Source: an uncultured Thermoleophilia bacterium (GTDB lineage Bacteria > Actinomycetota > Thermoleophilia > UBA2241). From it: a stretch of 64,000 nucleotides of DNA. The stretch spans positions 2,195 through 66,194 of the forward strand of contig CAVYDV010000007.1 of the NCBI GenBank assembly GCA_963767505.1, given 5' to 3'. The notes under the pieces were generated by a model that saw only the letters and a list, made by a program, of their open reading frames with translations, was not told where the DNA came from and did not search any database. Below are positions 1-10,900 of the stretch, one piece after another. The position numbers and the translations under genes were made by a program. Within the stretch, counting starts at the first letter, position 1, and each line of letters starts with the position of its first letter.

Positions 1-1391
1 GAGGCAGGGCGGGCTACGTGACACGGATCCAGGCGTTCATGCACAGCATCCACGGCTGGCGCAGCGGCGAGCATTCCACTCCTGACGCCGACGACCGTCT
101 GGCCCGCTACGACCGGCGCCTGCCGCACAGTCTCGAGCCGGGCGGATACGATCGTTACTTCTTCGGGCACGTGGGCGGCGGTCTGGGCCGCCATCTCGCG
201 GCGGCGATGCGCGGCGCGGGGCTCGCCGCAAGCTACGTGGGCGAGCCGGACGCCGCCGCCCTGCGTGCGGCAGGGGCGGCTTGCTCCGGCAAGGAGTGCC
301 TCCCCTATCAGCTCATCTGGGGCGCGTTCGAGCGCTTCATGGCCGAGGAGGCAAAGAACCTTGGGGGCGGACGTGCCCTGCTGCTGAGCGCGGGCAACGG
401 GTTCCAGGCCTGTCGGGCCAATTTGTTTCCGTTGACCGAGCAGCTCGCTCTCGAGCGATTGGGCCTGGACGGCCGCGTAGAGGTCGCCGACTTCAGCATC
501 GTCACGAGCGACCCGCGCATGATGCCGATCGCTTGGGCGGCTCTGGTCGCCATCGATCTGCTCAACATGATGCGCTTCCACAATCTGGCCGCTGAGCTTG
601 AGGCGGGCGTCGCCGACGAGCTCTTCGAGGCATACTCCGACCGTCTCGAGAGTCTGCTTGAGCGACCGCGGGCCAAGACGGGTTTCGCAGCTCCGGTCGC
701 CGCGGCCTTTCGTGTCGCTTGGGAAATCGAGCACCTGCTTGCCGAGGCAGCCAAGGCGTTCCGTCGTCAGTCTCTGGACCTCGAGCGGCTCGCCGAGGTG
801 CGCGATGTGTACCTGTGCGGCGATCTCTTCCTGCGCGTGGACGAGTGGGGCAACGACGATCTGCAGCGCAAGCTGGCGGCTCAGGGGCTGCGTGTCGTGG
901 TCGAGCCTTTCGGCGAGTTCTTCGAACTGCTCGTGCTACGTGCCATCCAGGATGGAGCATCCACTGTGGAGGTGGTCAAGAAGCGGGCGACGCTGCTCGC
1001 CATGCGGGCAATCGCCGGACGGCTGCTCGCAGCCGTTCGCGCCGAGCACCCATGGGTTTTCTGGCACGACGTGCGCCAAGTCGATCGCGAGAGTCGCCGG
1101 CTCATCAGCGGCTATCCCTTTGGTGAGACCATTCCCACGGTCGGCGGCGCCCTTCTCTCCTGGCGTACCCAACCGGTGGACGGGCTCGTCACTGTGGCGC
1201 CGCGGGGCTGCGGGCCGGCCCTGATCGCAGAGGCGCAGCTGCGGCGCGAGGCCGGGTTGCCGATCCTTTTCGTGTACAACGACGGCGACCCCATCGATGA
1301 GAGCCGCCTGGCCGGCTTCGCATGGCGGTTGCGTCGCCGACCCGCACGCCGGCGCACGACGAGCGGCGCCCGACCAGCCCTCCGCGTCTGA
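1..1391 (+). CDS. C-terminal part of a CoA-substrate-specific enzyme activase / 2-hydroxyacyl-CoA dehydratase activator-like protein (5' truncated by window edge)
   Basis: Frame is open from the window start (GRAGYVTRIQAF). Motifs CSGKECLPY, GFQACRA, PRGCGP and 'PILFVYNDGD' resemble the C-terminal domains of large activase fusions. Confidence 0.65.
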   Translation, partial: GRAGYVTRIQAFMHSIHGWRSGEHSTPDADDRLARYDRRLPHSLEPGGYDRYFFGHVGGGLGRHLAAAMRGAGLAASYVGEPDAAALRAAGAACSGKECLPYQLIWGAFERFMAEEAKNLGGGRALLLSAGNGFQACRANLFPLTEQLALERLGLDGRVEVADFSIVTSDPRMMPIAWAALVAIDLLNMMRFHNLAAELEAGVADELFEAYSDRLESLLERPRAKTGFAAPVAAAFRVAWEIEHLLAEAAKAFRRQSLDLERLAEVRDVYLCGDLFLRVDEWGNDDLQRKLAAQGLRVVVEPFGEFFELLVLRAIQDGASTVEVVKKRATLLAMRAIAGRLLAAVRAEHPWVFWHDVRQVDRESRRLISGYPFGETIPTVGGALLSWRTQPVDGLVTVAPRGCGPALIAEAQLRREAGLPILFVYNDGDPIDESRLAGFAWRLRRRPARRRTTSGARPALRV

Positions 1392-1610
1392 CGCGGGTCC
1401 GCCGGCCTGGCACCCCACGGCGGCTCCCGTCGGTGTCTCCCCCGGTCGGGCTGGGCTCGGCCTCGGCGGGAAGGGGTTTGCGGGCGGACTTGGGCGGTGA
1501 GAGCCTTCGGGGCTAGGCGCCGGCGCCATGAGCGACAAGACCCGGCGTGACGTGGCGGGATTTTCGGGGAACTGTCACTGCGTAGCTGCAATCCAGACCA
1601 GGGAGTCCCC

Positions 1611-2546
1611 ATGACTATCGAACCCCGCGCGGTGCTGCGCGTCATCGAGCCGGAGTCGGTCGTTGAGGGTGCCGGTGTCCGGCTCCGGCGGAGCATCGCC
1701 ACGCCCACCCTCGAGTACGTCGATCCGTTTCTCCTCCTCGACCACTTCGAGTCGGAGAATCCTCAGGATTACCTTGCCGGTTTCCCCTGGCATCCTCACA
1801 GGGGCATCGAGACGGTGACCTACATGCTGGCCGGAGAGGTCGACCATCGCGACAGCATCCACAACGCCGGGAGGATAGGCGCCGGAGACGTCCAGTGGAT
1901 GACGGCCGGCGGCGGTATCATGCACGAGGAGATGCCCCGACCCGGACCGGACGGGCGCATGGCAGGCTTCCAGCTCTGGGTGAATCTGCCTGCCGCACTC
2001 AAGATGACGAAGCCGCGCTACCAGGACCTGCGAGCGGACGTCATCCCTGAGGTGCGGCGCAGGGACGGGTCGGTGATCCGGGTGGTCGCGGGAGAGGTGG
2101 ATGGAGTCTCCGGAGCGGTCGCTGAGATCTACGCGGAGCCCGAGTATCTCGATGTGTCGTTGTTTTCCGCGACGACGTTCGCGCAGTTGGTGCCGAGGGG
2201 CCACGCGGCCTTCGTCTACGTGTTCGAAGGCGAAGGCCGATTCGGGGTCGGGGGCCGTCAGGGTGACGGAGGCAGCGGCGACGGCCAGCCGCTGCCCGCT
2301 ACGCGGCTCGCTCTCTTCGGCGACGGCGACGAGGTGCGCGTGGAGACGCATGATCAGCCTGTCCGGTTCCTGCTCGTGAGCGGTCGTCCGCTGGGGGAAC
2401 CGATCGCGAGGTATGGGCCGTTCGTGATGAACACGCGCGACGAGCTGCAACTAGCCCTAGACGATCTGCGCGCCGACACCTTCGTTTGGCGTGACGGTAG
2501 GGACTGGGCGAGCGGGCGGCAAACGTGGCGGCGCGGCTCGGACTAG
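1611..2546 (+). CDS. Pirin family protein
   Basis: DPFLLLDHF, GFPWHPHRGIETVTY, QWMTAGGGIMHEE, GFQLWVNLP and YGPFVMNT motifs; GGGAG RBS. Confidence 0.95.
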   Translation: MTIEPRAVLRVIEPESVVEGAGVRLRRSIATPTLEYVDPFLLLDHFESENPQDYLAGFPWHPHRGIETVTYMLAGEVDHRDSIHNAGRIGAGDVQWMTAGGGIMHEEMPRPGPDGRMAGFQLWVNLPAALKMTKPRYQDLRADVIPEVRRRDGSVIRVVAGEVDGVSGAVAEIYAEPEYLDVSLFSATTFAQLVPRGHAAFVYVFEGEGRFGVGGRQGDGGSGDGQPLPATRLALFGDGDEVRVETHDQPVRFLLVSGRPLGEPIARYGPFVMNTRDELQLALDDLRADTFVWRDGRDWASGRQTWRRGSD

Positions 2547-3369
2547 TCCCGTTCGGCACCTGCCGCCTCGGGGCCCCGTGTCGTGGCCGAGGCGCAGGTC
2601 CGCGACCACGGGCCAGTGATCGGACGGCAGCCGTCCGCGGGGGCACAGGTGAGCGATCCGTGCGTCGAGTGCCTCCCATTCGGGCGTGACCAGCACGAAG
2701 TCTAGCCTCGTCCCCCGAGTGCTGCCGTCCCATGGATGGTGCGTGGCAGCTCCTTGGCCGCGCTCTCCCAGGTGAGCGAGCGTATCGCGCAGGCCGGCGG
2801 CCACCAGGTGCGCCACCGCCGGATCCCTGGCGGTGGCGTTCAGGTCGCCCAGCACGATCCAGGGCAGTCCGGGGTCCAGCCAAGCTAGCAGCGCCTCGGC
2901 GCTCCGCGATCGCATCGTCGGTGAGGCGCCGTCCCAATGGACGTTGGCGACCCCGAAACGCTGCTTCGACGCTCTGTCCAGGAAGCGGCACAGCGTGACC
3001 ATGCAAGTAATGGCATTGCCCCATCCCCGTGAGCCCGGGATTCATGGGGTCGGCGAGAACCAGCGCACCGTCCAGGCCTCGAGGTCGAGGCGCGCGGGCC
3101 GGAACAACACGCTGCAACGCTCGCCTCTGAGGCGGCCATCGTCGCGCCCTGCGCCGGCTGCGGCGTACCCCTTGAGTCTCCTCAGCAGCGTGCATTGCTG
3201 GAAGCCGTGGACTTCCTGCAGCCCCACCACATCCGCGTTCAGGGCTTCGAGTGCGGCCGCGCAGGCTCGACCGCGCAGCGGCCATGAGTTGCGCTCCGTC
3301 CCACGCCCAGCCGGTGCGGATGTTGAAGCTGGCGGCACGCAGGCGTTCGTCGGTGCGGCCGCTACGCAT
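2457..3369 (-). CDS. Endonuclease/exonuclease/phosphatase (EEP) family protein, split by apparent frameshifts (~3295, ~3040); true stop may be near 2543
   Basis: Motifs in three successive frames: SFNIR, ADVVGLQEV, then NVHWD, GDLNA, RLDFVLV and SDHWPVVA. Confidence 0.85.
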
Positions 3370-3410
3370 TCCTAGGTCCGCCAGGGACGAGGCCGGCGAG
3401 GGCTTGCGGG

Positions 3411-3833
3411 CTAGGGTCGCCAGAAGGCGCCGTCCTCGGGGGCCAGCATGCTATCCCGCTCCGGTCGTCCGTGGGCCTCCGCTTCTCTGCGGAGGATGGC
3501 CTTCTCCTCTGGCGTCGGGTGCCTGGCCTCCACGCCTCCTTGCTCAACGTAGTTCTTGAACACGACGAGATCGTGCATGATCCGCCGCCCGATCTCTGCC
3601 ATGGGCATCTGGTCTTGGTCGTCCGGGGGACTCATTTCGAATCGTACCCTCGTCCTGTCTGGCGCCAGCGGCTCGAAGCTGATGCGTCCGCTCGCCGCTG
3701 CATCCGCGCAGACGAACTCGTTGCACGCCAGCTTCTCGTGGCCCGTCAGCACCCAGTGTACGAAGTGCGGCCAGTTGGTCTCCACCACTGGGAGCGGTGC
3801 CGGTACGTCGATATGACGGCTGATGATGTGCAT
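3411..3833 (-). CDS. SRPBCC/cyclase-dehydrase-like small protein
   Basis: I.RHIDVPAPL...WPHF start and 'DLVVFKNYVE' C-terminal helix typical of actinobacterial SRPBCC proteins; GGGAAGGAG RBS. Confidence 0.6.
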   Translation of the reverse strand: MHIISRHIDVPAPLPVVETNWPHFVHWVLTGHEKLACNEFVCADAAASGRISFEPLAPDRTRVRFEMSPPDDQDQMPMAEIGRRIMHDLVVFKNYVEQGGVEARHPTPEEKAILRREAEAHGRPERDSMLAPEDGAFWRP

Positions 3834-3914
3834 CGTGCTCTCCTTCCCGATCGTCGCTGCTCGCCCATTTTAGGAGGGTCGTCCTCGCCGTCAGCCATGA
3901 GACCGTCACCGATC

Positions 3915-5294
3915 TCAGATTCCGGTCATGACGGGCACCCTTCTCTGCTTGATGGCCACGAGCAGCGAGTCGAAGTCCTTCTCGACCTGATCGGCGTACG
4001 ATTCGGCGAAGTCGGCGATGGCCCGGTCGAAGCGGTCGCCGCCGCCCAGGTACGCGCTGATCGCGATTCGCTGGCCGGATCGCGCATGTCCACGCGCGAG
4101 GGCCCAGCCGCAGACCTCGGCGTAGACCTCAAGGCCGGCCGGTCTGACGCGCTCGATCTCGAAGGACCCCTTCATGTCGCGCAGCTGACGCCAGTAGAAG
4201 TGGCTTCCGTTCGGCCCGGTCATCCAGCCGAGGAAGATGTCGCTGGCCGCCTGCATGAGGCGTTGACCGGCGACGACTCTGTGCCCTTGGTGCTCGTACC
4301 TGCTCTCGCCGAGGTATGGTGCGAGCACAGACCGGGTCGCCTCCTTGATCTGAAGGAGCAGCGGGTCATCCTGGTCTCGCCCTCTCATGAGCATGATGAA
4401 GCAGTGTGTCCCGACGCTGCCGACACCCACGACCTTCCTGGCGACGTCGAGATAGTCGAACCGGTCGAGGAGCGTGCGGCGGGCGTCGGTCAGGGTCTCG
4501 CCGTAGGGCTGCAGGAGGTCCAGGACCTCATCGATGTCGCGATGTTCCTCGAAGTGCATGATCAGCGGCGGCTGGTCCACGATGCGGCGCACGCCGTCGA
4601 CGATCTCGGTCATCTTGCCGGCTGCGTGCAGGTTGTCGCGAGACCGCGCCTTGGCGAGCGCGGCCCGCACCCTATTGTCCCGAGGTGCGCGCTTGGTGCT
4701 TCGCAAGACTCGGAGGACGTCGTCGGCAACGACGCGCGAGTACCAGACGTCGAGTTCGCGCATCTCGGCGTAGGCGGCCATGTGTTGCCGGTACGAGCGC
4801 GCGGCGGCGAGCGCTGAGTCTCGGCCGACGTCCCGACTGAATGCGTTGTTGCGGGCCGCGACGACGAAGCTGGCCGCCAAGCGCTTGATGTCCCATTCGA
4901 AGGGCCCGGGAAAGGTCTCATCGAAGTCGTTCACGTCGAACATGAGGGTGCGCTCCGGTGAGGCGAACATGCCGAAGTTCGAGAGGTGTGCGTCGCCGCA
5001 CAGCTGTACGGAGAGCTCGGTGCGCGGCAGGGGCGCGAGATCGGCCGCCATGAGCGCCGCCGACCCGCGGAAGAAGGTGAAGGGCGAGACAGACATCCGC
5101 CCCCAGCGGATGGGGACGAGGTCCTGGAACCGGTCGGTGTCCTCAGCCTTCAGCAGGGAGATGGGGTCCGGGCGGTCCGGGGGCGCGGTCCACGCGCCGT
5201 GCGTCCGGCGAGGAACGGCCTTGCGTCGCTGTCGCCCGTATGCGCGCTGATCCTCGGCAGATGGGCTACCTCTTCGTTCAGAGCCGGACATCAT
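3915..5294 (-). CDS. DUF2252 domain protein (kinase-like fold)
   Basis: RMSVSPFTFFRGSAALMAADL, CGDAHLSNFG, DVNDFDET, KVVGVGSVG, YWRQLRDMKGS motifs. Confidence 0.92.
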   Translation of the reverse strand: MMSGSERRGSPSAEDQRAYGRQRRKAVPRRTHGAWTAPPDRPDPISLLKAEDTDRFQDLVPIRWGRMSVSPFTFFRGSAALMAADLAPLPRTELSVQLCGDAHLSNFGMFASPERTLMFDVNDFDETFPGPFEWDIKRLAASFVVAARNNAFSRDVGRDSALAAARSYRQHMAAYAEMRELDVWYSRVVADDVLRVLRSTKRAPRDNRVRAALAKARSRDNLHAAGKMTEIVDGVRRIVDQPPLIMHFEEHRDIDEVLDLLQPYGETLTDARRTLLDRFDYLDVARKVVGVGSVGTHCFIMLMRGRDQDDPLLLQIKEATRSVLAPYLGESRYEHQGHRVVAGQRLMQAASDIFLGWMTGPNGSHFYWRQLRDMKGSFEIERVRPAGLEVYAEVCGWALARGHARSGQRIAISAYLGGGDRFDRAIADFAESYADQVEKDFDSLLVAIKQRRVPVMTGI

Positions 5295-5489
5295 GTGCTC
5301 CTTCTCTCCATGTCTGAGGGCAGCGGGTCCTCTTCGCACTCGCTGGCGGACTCGAGTCCCCAGTCTGCCCCCGTATCGACCTTCTCATGCCATGCTTCCC
5401 ACAATCCGCCCTCCTCCCACCCGTCGGTATGGTAGCCTGCCTTGATTCCGAAGCAGCGGGTGCTTCCTGGCGAACCACCAAGGAGGATG

Positions 5490-6395
5490 ATGACGGAGCT
5501 TGGCGGGCCAGAGTGGCGCGAGGAGGAGGCGCGGCTCGCAGCCCGGGACCGCATCACGTTCCTCGGCCATGCGACGGTTCTCGTTGAGCTGGACGGTCTG
5601 AGATTCCTCACCGATCCGCTCCTGCGCCAGCAGGTGGGTCCGCTCTGGCGCCGCACGCCCACGCCGCACCTGGGTCCCCTTTCCGGGCTCGATGCGATCC
5701 TCATCTCGCACCTGCACTTCGATCACTACGACCCACCCTCTCTGCGCCTGCTCGACAAGGGCGTGCCGATCATCGGTCCTCCGGGAAGCGCTCGTTCACT
5801 GCGCTGGCGAGGCTTCATGGAGGTCCACGAGCTCGGCCCCGGCGAGAGCATCCGCCTTGGCCCTGCAAGGATCACGGCTACTGAGGCCCAGCACCCACGC
5901 GGTCGTCACCCGCTGAGCCAGGGTGCTTCTAGCGTGGGCTACGTGATCAGCGGCAGCCAGGACATCTACTTCGCCGGCGACACGGGGCTCTTCCCTGGGA
6001 TGGCCGACCTCTGGCCGGGCCTCGACGTCGCCCTGCTGCCGATAGCAGGTCTTGGCCCCCGGCTGCCCGAGATCAAGCACTTGAGTCCGCGGCATGCGGT
6101 CCGGGCGATGGAACTGCTGCGACCGCAGCTGGTCATCCCGATCCATTGGGGCACGTATCATCTGCCCGGGACCACCTTGATGCGGATGCGGCCAGACATC
6201 CATCGTCGGGCGCCACTGATGTTCATGCGCGAGGCCGCCACCCTGCAGCCGGAGATCCGGACAGTGATGCTCGAACCAGGCAAGGCCCTGAATCTGGAGC
6301 CATCAGTATCTGCGTCGCTCCGGGGGACAGGGTCGCCGCGCCCCGTGGACCCGATGAACCGGGGCTCGCTGGGCGGCTCGCCAGGGTCGGGCTAG
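5490..6395 (+). CDS. MBL-fold metallo-hydrolase (UlaG/RomA-like)
   Basis: ITFLGHAT, LTDP, SHLHFDHYD, YFAGDT, PIHWGT motifs; AGGAGG RBS. Confidence 0.9.
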   Translation: MTELGGPEWREEEARLAARDRITFLGHATVLVELDGLRFLTDPLLRQQVGPLWRRTPTPHLGPLSGLDAILISHLHFDHYDPPSLRLLDKGVPIIGPPGSARSLRWRGFMEVHELGPGESIRLGPARITATEAQHPRGRHPLSQGASSVGYVISGSQDIYFAGDTGLFPGMADLWPGLDVALLPIAGLGPRLPEIKHLSPRHAVRAMELLRPQLVIPIHWGTYHLPGTTLMRMRPDIHRRAPLMFMREAATLQPEIRTVMLEPGKALNLEPSVSASLRGTGSPRPVDPMNRGSLGGSPGSG

Positions 6396-7118
6396 TCGGC
6401 CGCGCGCCGGCTTCCTCTCCCCCGACTGTAGTTCTGTACGATTATCGCCACCACGGTGATGAGGTAGAGCTGACCGGCCACCGCCTCGGCCATGGCCATG
6501 AGCCGTCCCACGTCGCCTCTCGCCGTCAGATCGCCGTAGCCGGTCGTCGTGATGGTCGCAAGGCTGAAGTAGAGGTAGTTGGTCGTCCTCACCGCTCCGA
6601 GGTCCTGGGCGAAGAACGGGTCGCCCTGCACTGAGGCCAGGAGGGAGAACGAGGTGGCGAAGAACAGCGCGATCATGAGGTACAGACAGATCGCGCTGTA
6701 GAGCGTATTGAGATCGACGACGCGATGGGTGAGACGGCGTCGAGCGATGGCCACCGGAGCCACGATGACGAGCAGGGCCGTGAGTCCTGCGGTCACGATT
6801 CTCGCCGTGCCGTCACTTCCGAGAACGCCGACGGCCATTCCTGAAAGTGTGACGATCACGAGAACGGCTGCGACTGACCCGAGGAGCCGCCGGTCTACAT
6901 GTGACGCGCGCAACGCCGCCCACGTGGTGGCCGCCAGGACGGCCAAGGCGATCACTCGCCCGTATGGATTGTCTCCACCCAACGCCGACGCGAAGTACGT
7001 GGCGACGATGAGCACCAGGACGAGGCCGTAGCCGTCCCAGAACCGCGGCCGTGCCTCGGTCGTGGCTCGCGCCTCCTTCCGCGGTCTCTCTCAGCTCGTT
7101 GCCTTCGGCTTCGTCCAT
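6392..7118 (-). CDS. Potassium channel family (ion_trans_2) membrane protein; frameshift near 7045
   Basis: YLYFSLATITTTGYGD selectivity filter and GQLY motif; several TM helices. Confidence 0.85.
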
Positions 7119-7216
7119 GGTCTCCTCGCACTTTACTGTACTCCATCGCTGTGGACTGGCCCAGACGCCACGACGATGCGGGTGGCCGATGAGCCCTCCC
7201 TTCCGCATAATGTGAG

Positions 7217-8038
7217 GTGATGCTGCACTATCCGGCCATATTCTTCGAGAGCGTGATCAGCGACGCTCAGCGGCCGCTGTTCTTCCTCCTCGTGGGCTTC
7301 CTCGTCACGTTCGGCCTGACGCGGCTGAGCACGCGCCTGGCGCGGGCGGGGGTGTTCTCAAGGCTGCGTCCCAGCAGCATAGTGACTACCGGAGGCCTGC
7401 ACATCCATCACGCGGTGTTCGGCATCGTCGGCATGGTCGCCTCAGGCATCCTGGCGTTCGCCTTCGACCTTCGCAGTCCATGGATCGAGATCCTGGCGTT
7501 TGCCTTTGGCGCCGGCGCCGCGCTCACGCTCGATGAGTTCGCCCTCATCCTGCACCTGGAGGATGTGTACTGGGCCGGTGAGGGACGTGCCTCCATCGAT
7601 GCCGTCATCTTGGGTGTGACGTTCGTCACGCTGCTTCTGACCGGGCTGCTCCCAAGGGGCGTCCACGAGGTGGCCGACTACGTCACGATCTCCCGCTGGG
7701 TCGGATTCACGCTGATCCTGGGCGGAACCGCATTCGTCGTTGTGAGCTACCTCAAGGGGAAGCTGTTCATGGGGACAGTCGGCATCTTCGTGCCGCTCGT
7801 CGCGATGATCGGCGCGGTGCGTCTCGCGAAGCCGAACTCGCCTTGGGCTCGGAGGCGCTACGCCGGCAACCCCGGCTTGCTTGATCGCGCGCGACGGCGT
7901 GACGAGGGCTTCCATCGTCGCTGGCTGCAGCGCAAACACCGCGTCTGGGACCTCATTGGCGGCAAGCCCCACCTGCGCATTCCGCGCGGCCCCGCGCCCC
8001 GCGCGAACCACGATCCTCGCGACGGCGATTCACGCTAG
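7217..8038 (+). CDS. Conserved actinobacterial-type integral membrane protein
   Basis: GGLHIHHAVFG, LTLDEFALILHLEDVYW, LKGK and RLAKPNSPWARRRY motifs; multiple TM segments. Confidence 0.75.
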   Translation: MMLHYPAIFFESVISDAQRPLFFLLVGFLVTFGLTRLSTRLARAGVFSRLRPSSIVTTGGLHIHHAVFGIVGMVASGILAFAFDLRSPWIEILAFAFGAGAALTLDEFALILHLEDVYWAGEGRASIDAVILGVTFVTLLLTGLLPRGVHEVADYVTISRWVGFTLILGGTAFVVVSYLKGKLFMGTVGIFVPLVAMIGAVRLAKPNSPWARRRYAGNPGLLDRARRRDEGFHRRWLQRKHRVWDLIGGKPHLRIPRGPAPRANHDPRDGDSR

Positions 8039-8101
8039 TCCGCGACGCGAGGGGCGCCTGGCCCGCGAGCGCTCGCTGGGCGGGCTGGCGGAATCGGCGC
8101 T

Positions 8102-9274
8102 CTAGGCGCTGCGGCCCTCGGTGAGGGCTCGAACGGCGACTCCCAGGCGGCGCGCCCCCTCCGACAGTGCTTCCTCATCATAGAGGCAGAACGCGAGGCG
8201 CAGAGAGGACTCACCCTCGGCGCCCGAGAAGCGCTCTCCCGGCGCGAACGAGACGGCGTGCTGCTCGGCGATAGGCAGCAGCCGGGTGGCGGACAGGTCG
8301 TGCGGAAGCGTCAGCCAGATGAAGAAGCCGCCGGCAGGCGAGGTGAAGCGGCAGTCCGCCGGCAGGTGCTCACGCAGGGCGTTTGCCAGCGCGTCCCTGC
8401 GCGACGCGTAGGCGCGACGAAGACCGGCGAGGTGCTGCTGATATCCCTCGCCGGCCATGACCCGCGCGACGACCGTCGCGGCGTACTGGCTCACGCAGCC
8501 CCCGCTCTGGAGCATGCCGGCGGCGGAGAGACGTTCCAGCAGGTCGGCTCGGGCATTGACCCAGCCCACACGCAAGCCTGGTGCCAGGCACTTCGAGAAC
8601 GATCCCAGCCGCACGACGGGAGCCTGCGGGTCGAGGGTCCACAACGAGGGTGGCGGGCTGACGTCGTACACGATGTCGCGGTACACGTCGTCCTCGATGA
8701 TGATTAGGTCGTGCGTGCGCGCCAGCGCGAGGAGGCGTGTGCGCCGGGCGGGTGAGAGACACAGCCCGGCGGGGTTGTGGAACGTGGGGATCGTGTAGAG
8801 CAGGCGCGGCCTCTTGCCCGCGGCACGGAGAGTGGCCAGGGTCTCCTCGAGTGCGGCGAGGTCGAGGCCGTACTCGTCGATCGGGACAGCCGCGATCTCG
8901 ACCGCGTGATCCCGCAGGGTGCCGAGGGCCAGGGCGTAGGTGGGCGACTCGACGAGCACGACGTCGCCGACCGCGGTGAGCATGGTGAGCACGAGGTCGA
9001 GCGCCTGGGAGTTGCCGCCGGAGATGAGGATGTCCGCGGGCGTGGCCTTATGGCCTTCGCAGCGCGCGATGCGAAGCGCGATCTGCTTGCGGAGGTCAGG
9101 TGGCCCGAGGGGTGCGCCATAGGCGAGGGCACCGGGGCCGTACGTCCCCAGCGCCTCGGCCGCCGCGTCCTGGATCAGGCCAGTGGGCAGCAGTGCTGGG
9201 TCGGGCTCTCCGAAGGCGAGTTCGATCATCCCGGGGCGGAGCTTGTGTTGGGTGTGGCTTGGCGATTCGATCAC
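8102..9274 (-). CDS. PLP-dependent aminotransferase class I/II (ARO8/LysN-like)
   Basis: YTIPTFHNPAG, IIEDDVY, GSFSKCLAPGLRVGW (PLP lysine), GGFFIWL, LRLAF. GTG start chosen 6 nt after a TATCAT -10 box. Confidence 0.92.
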   Translation of the reverse strand: MIESPSHTQHKLRPGMIELAFGEPDPALLPTGLIQDAAAEALGTYGPGALAYGAPLGPPDLRKQIALRIARCEGHKATPADILISGGNSQALDLVLTMLTAVGDVVLVESPTYALALGTLRDHAVEIAAVPIDEYGLDLAALEETLATLRAAGKRPRLLYTIPTFHNPAGLCLSPARRTRLLALARTHDLIIIEDDVYRDIVYDVSPPPSLWTLDPQAPVVRLGSFSKCLAPGLRVGWVNARADLLERLSAAGMLQSGGCVSQYAATVVARVMAGEGYQQHLAGLRRAYASRRDALANALREHLPADCRFTSPAGGFFIWLTLPHDLSATRLLPIAEQHAVSFAPGERFSGAEGESSLRLAFCLYDEEALSEGARRLGVAVRALTEGRSA

Positions 9275-9431
9275 GATCTCATGATACGGGAAGTGTGGCT
9301 CAGGCGTGACGTGCCAGGGACGATGGAGACCGGGGCGCGGACCGCTGCACTGGGTGCGCGTCGTGCTGTAGCATCCCTTCGCTGGGTCGCCCCTCCGTGG
9401 GGCGCTGCGCATCGGGACCAAGGTCGGCTGC

Positions 9432-10871
9432 GTGCTCTTCCCGACGATCACATTCGCCATCTTCTTTCTTGTCGTGTACGCCGTGAGCTGGCTGCTCATG
9501 CCGCGCCTGCGACTCTGGAAGGCGATGATCATCGTCGCCAGCTACGTGTTCTACGGCTGGTGGGACTGGCGGTTCGTGCTGCTCCTGGTGGCGGCGACCG
9601 TGGTCGATCAGGCGCTGGCCGTCCAGATCGGCCGGGCGCGCGCAAGAGCCGGCGGAGGCGGGGCCGCCAAGCGCTGGCTCGTGGTCGCGATCGTTGCCAA
9701 CCTCGCTGCGCTCGGTGCGTTCAAGTACTACGACTTCTTCGCCGTGAGCCTCGACCGCGCGCTCACCACGCTCGGCCTTGGCGTCTCGCTGCCGCTTCTG
9801 CAGATCGCCCTGCCCGTGGGCATCTCCTTCCTCGTGTTTCGCATGCTTTCGTACCTGATCGATATCTATCGCGGCAAGCTGGCGCCCGCTCCGCCCCTGG
9901 ACTTTGCGGTCTACGTGGCCTTCTTTCCCTACCTGCTCGCCGGCCCCATCTCGCGCGCCGCCGATTTCCTGCCCCAGCTGATCACTCCCCGTGATCCACG
10001 CTCGGTCGACGCCGCCAGGGCGTTCACCTTGATTCTCGGAGGACTGGCCAAGAAGACCCTCATCGCCGACTACTTGGCGACGCACATCGTGAACGGGGTC
10101 TTCTCCTCGCCGCAGTCCTACTCCTCATGGGAGGTCCTGTGGGGCATACTGGCTTACTCGGTGCAGATCTACTGCGATTTCAGCGCCTACAGTGATATCG
10201 CCATCGGCGTGTCCCTGCTGCTCGGCTTTCGGCTTCCGGACAACTTCAACGCGCCCTACACGGCACGGACCATCCAAGACTTCTGGCGTCGCTGGCACAT
10301 CACGCTCTCGAGCTGGCTGCGCGACTACCTGTACATCCCCCTGGGAGGAAACCGCAAGGGAAGCGCCCGAACGTATCTGAACATCATCATCACGTTTCTC
10401 CTTGCGGGCCTCTGGCATGGGGCCGGGTGGACGTTCGTGTTCTGGGGAGGCCTTCACGGCGTCGGCTTGTCACTGGAGCGTGCTCGCGCCACGGCGCGCC
10501 AGGCACGCGGCTTGCCGGAGCCTGGGCGTACGCCTCGCTCGCGGGCTCTCCAGCGTCTCGCCGTGTTCTCGTTCGTCAGCCTGGCCTGGGTGTTCTTCCG
10601 AGCCGATTCGATCGGCGGCGCGCTGGCGGTGCTGTGGCGGCTTCCGGCCGGTTTAGGGAGCCTCGGCTCGGCCGTGACCTGGCCGATCATCGGGCTTGTG
10701 ACGCTGGGCATCGCTATCCAGTACATCCCACCGCGTCTGATGGAGCGTTTCGAGGCGGGGATGGCCCGCGTGGGCTGGGTCGGTCAGGGTGCCGTGCTGG
10801 CCGTCGCCCTCTTCCTCATTGACGCGTTGGGGCCGCAGGGCGCGGCCGAGTTCCTGTACTTCAGCTTCTGA
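9432..10871 (+). CDS. MBOAT family O-acyltransferase (AlgI/PatA/DltB-like)
   Basis: LPVGISF, FFPYLLAGPI, QIYCDFSAYSDIAIG, FWRRWHITLSSWLRDYLYIPLGG, GLWHGA. Confidence 0.95.
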   Translation: MLFPTITFAIFFLVVYAVSWLLMPRLRLWKAMIIVASYVFYGWWDWRFVLLLVAATVVDQALAVQIGRARARAGGGGAAKRWLVVAIVANLAALGAFKYYDFFAVSLDRALTTLGLGVSLPLLQIALPVGISFLVFRMLSYLIDIYRGKLAPAPPLDFAVYVAFFPYLLAGPISRAADFLPQLITPRDPRSVDAARAFTLILGGLAKKTLIADYLATHIVNGVFSSPQSYSSWEVLWGILAYSVQIYCDFSAYSDIAIGVSLLLGFRLPDNFNAPYTARTIQDFWRRWHITLSSWLRDYLYIPLGGNRKGSARTYLNIIITFLLAGLWHGAGWTFVFWGGLHGVGLSLERARATARQARGLPEPGRTPRSRALQRLAVFSFVSLAWVFFRADSIGGALAVLWRLPAGLGSLGSAVTWPIIGLVTLGIAIQYIPPRLMERFEAGMARVGWVGQGAVLAVALFLIDALGPQGAAEFLYFSF

Positions 10872-10900
10872 CCTTCGGGGGATAGACGAGCGACTGGCAC